This document shows, piece by piece, positions 63,720-64,000 of a stretch of 64,000 bases of DNA. The DNA comes from Sphaerodactylus townsendi (lineage: Eukaryota), in assembly GCF_021028975.2 (NCBI RefSeq), contig NC_059438.1, positions 25,296,001-25,360,000 on the forward strand, given 5' to 3'. The notes below the pieces were generated by a model. It worked only from the letters and a program-made list of their open reading frames with translations, was not told the DNA's origin and did not search any database. Within the stretch, counting starts at the first letter, position 1, and every line of letters starts with the position of its first letter. The translations under genes were made by a program, and so were the position numbers.

Positions 63720-64000
63720 CCCTGACCCCCCCCCCTCTGCTCAGGACCCGCCCCCAAATCGCCAGGATCCCCCCCCCCACGCGGGGCATTTGGGCGACCC
63801 TGCATAGTGTCGCCTCCGTGGTGGGCTTCGGGGGCTCCGAGCAGGGGCGGGGGGGGGAGCGGGCGAGGCAGCGTTCACACGTGCATTGCAGTCCGGAGGG
63901 GGGGAGGGGGGGAGCCTCTCACGGCGGCCGCTGCTGTTCCCGGCGCGGCCCGTAGGCGGCGCTGCAGCACCGAGGGAGGCGGCCCAGCAGAGGCGCGGCG
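63720..64000. promoter_or_regulatory. CpG island at the window edge (promoter of the next gene, VPS4A expected from synteny)
   Basis: CpG-dense, with an E-box CACGTG near 63878 and GC boxes. Gene identity is inferred from synteny only. Confidence 0.55.

Overview
Vertebrate genomic DNA, most likely a squamate reptile (gecko-like, inferred from the SINE/hAT repeat content), covering the conserved block TANGO6 (last 3 exons, +), HAS3 (complete CDS, +), CHTF8 (complete, -), UTP4/CIRH1A (16 coding exons, 686 aa, +) and SNTB2 (7 exons, 533 aa, +). A ~14-kb repeat-rich stretch follows, with a 150-N gap, and the window ends in a CpG island that is probably the promoter of the next gene. I traced all exons by GT/AG sites and reading-frame continuity. 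The non-genic DNA holds many datable insertions with target-site duplications: CORE-SINEs, hAT MITEs, LINE 3' ends, a Harbinger element with an intact Myb/SANT ORF and a probable solo LTR. The most unusual items are: two AT-rich fold-back elements, one in the SNTB2 3' UTR with a 119-bp stem that is fully paired in the sense RNA and one with a hammerhead-like core at its apex; a CpG-rich palindromic minisatellite with 15 CGATCG sites beside an orphan CCAAT/GC-box promoter; a candidate unannotated spliced minus-strand transcript; and a LINE insertion that duplicated an SNTB2 splice donor. Repeat family names and human comparisons come from recall, not database searches.
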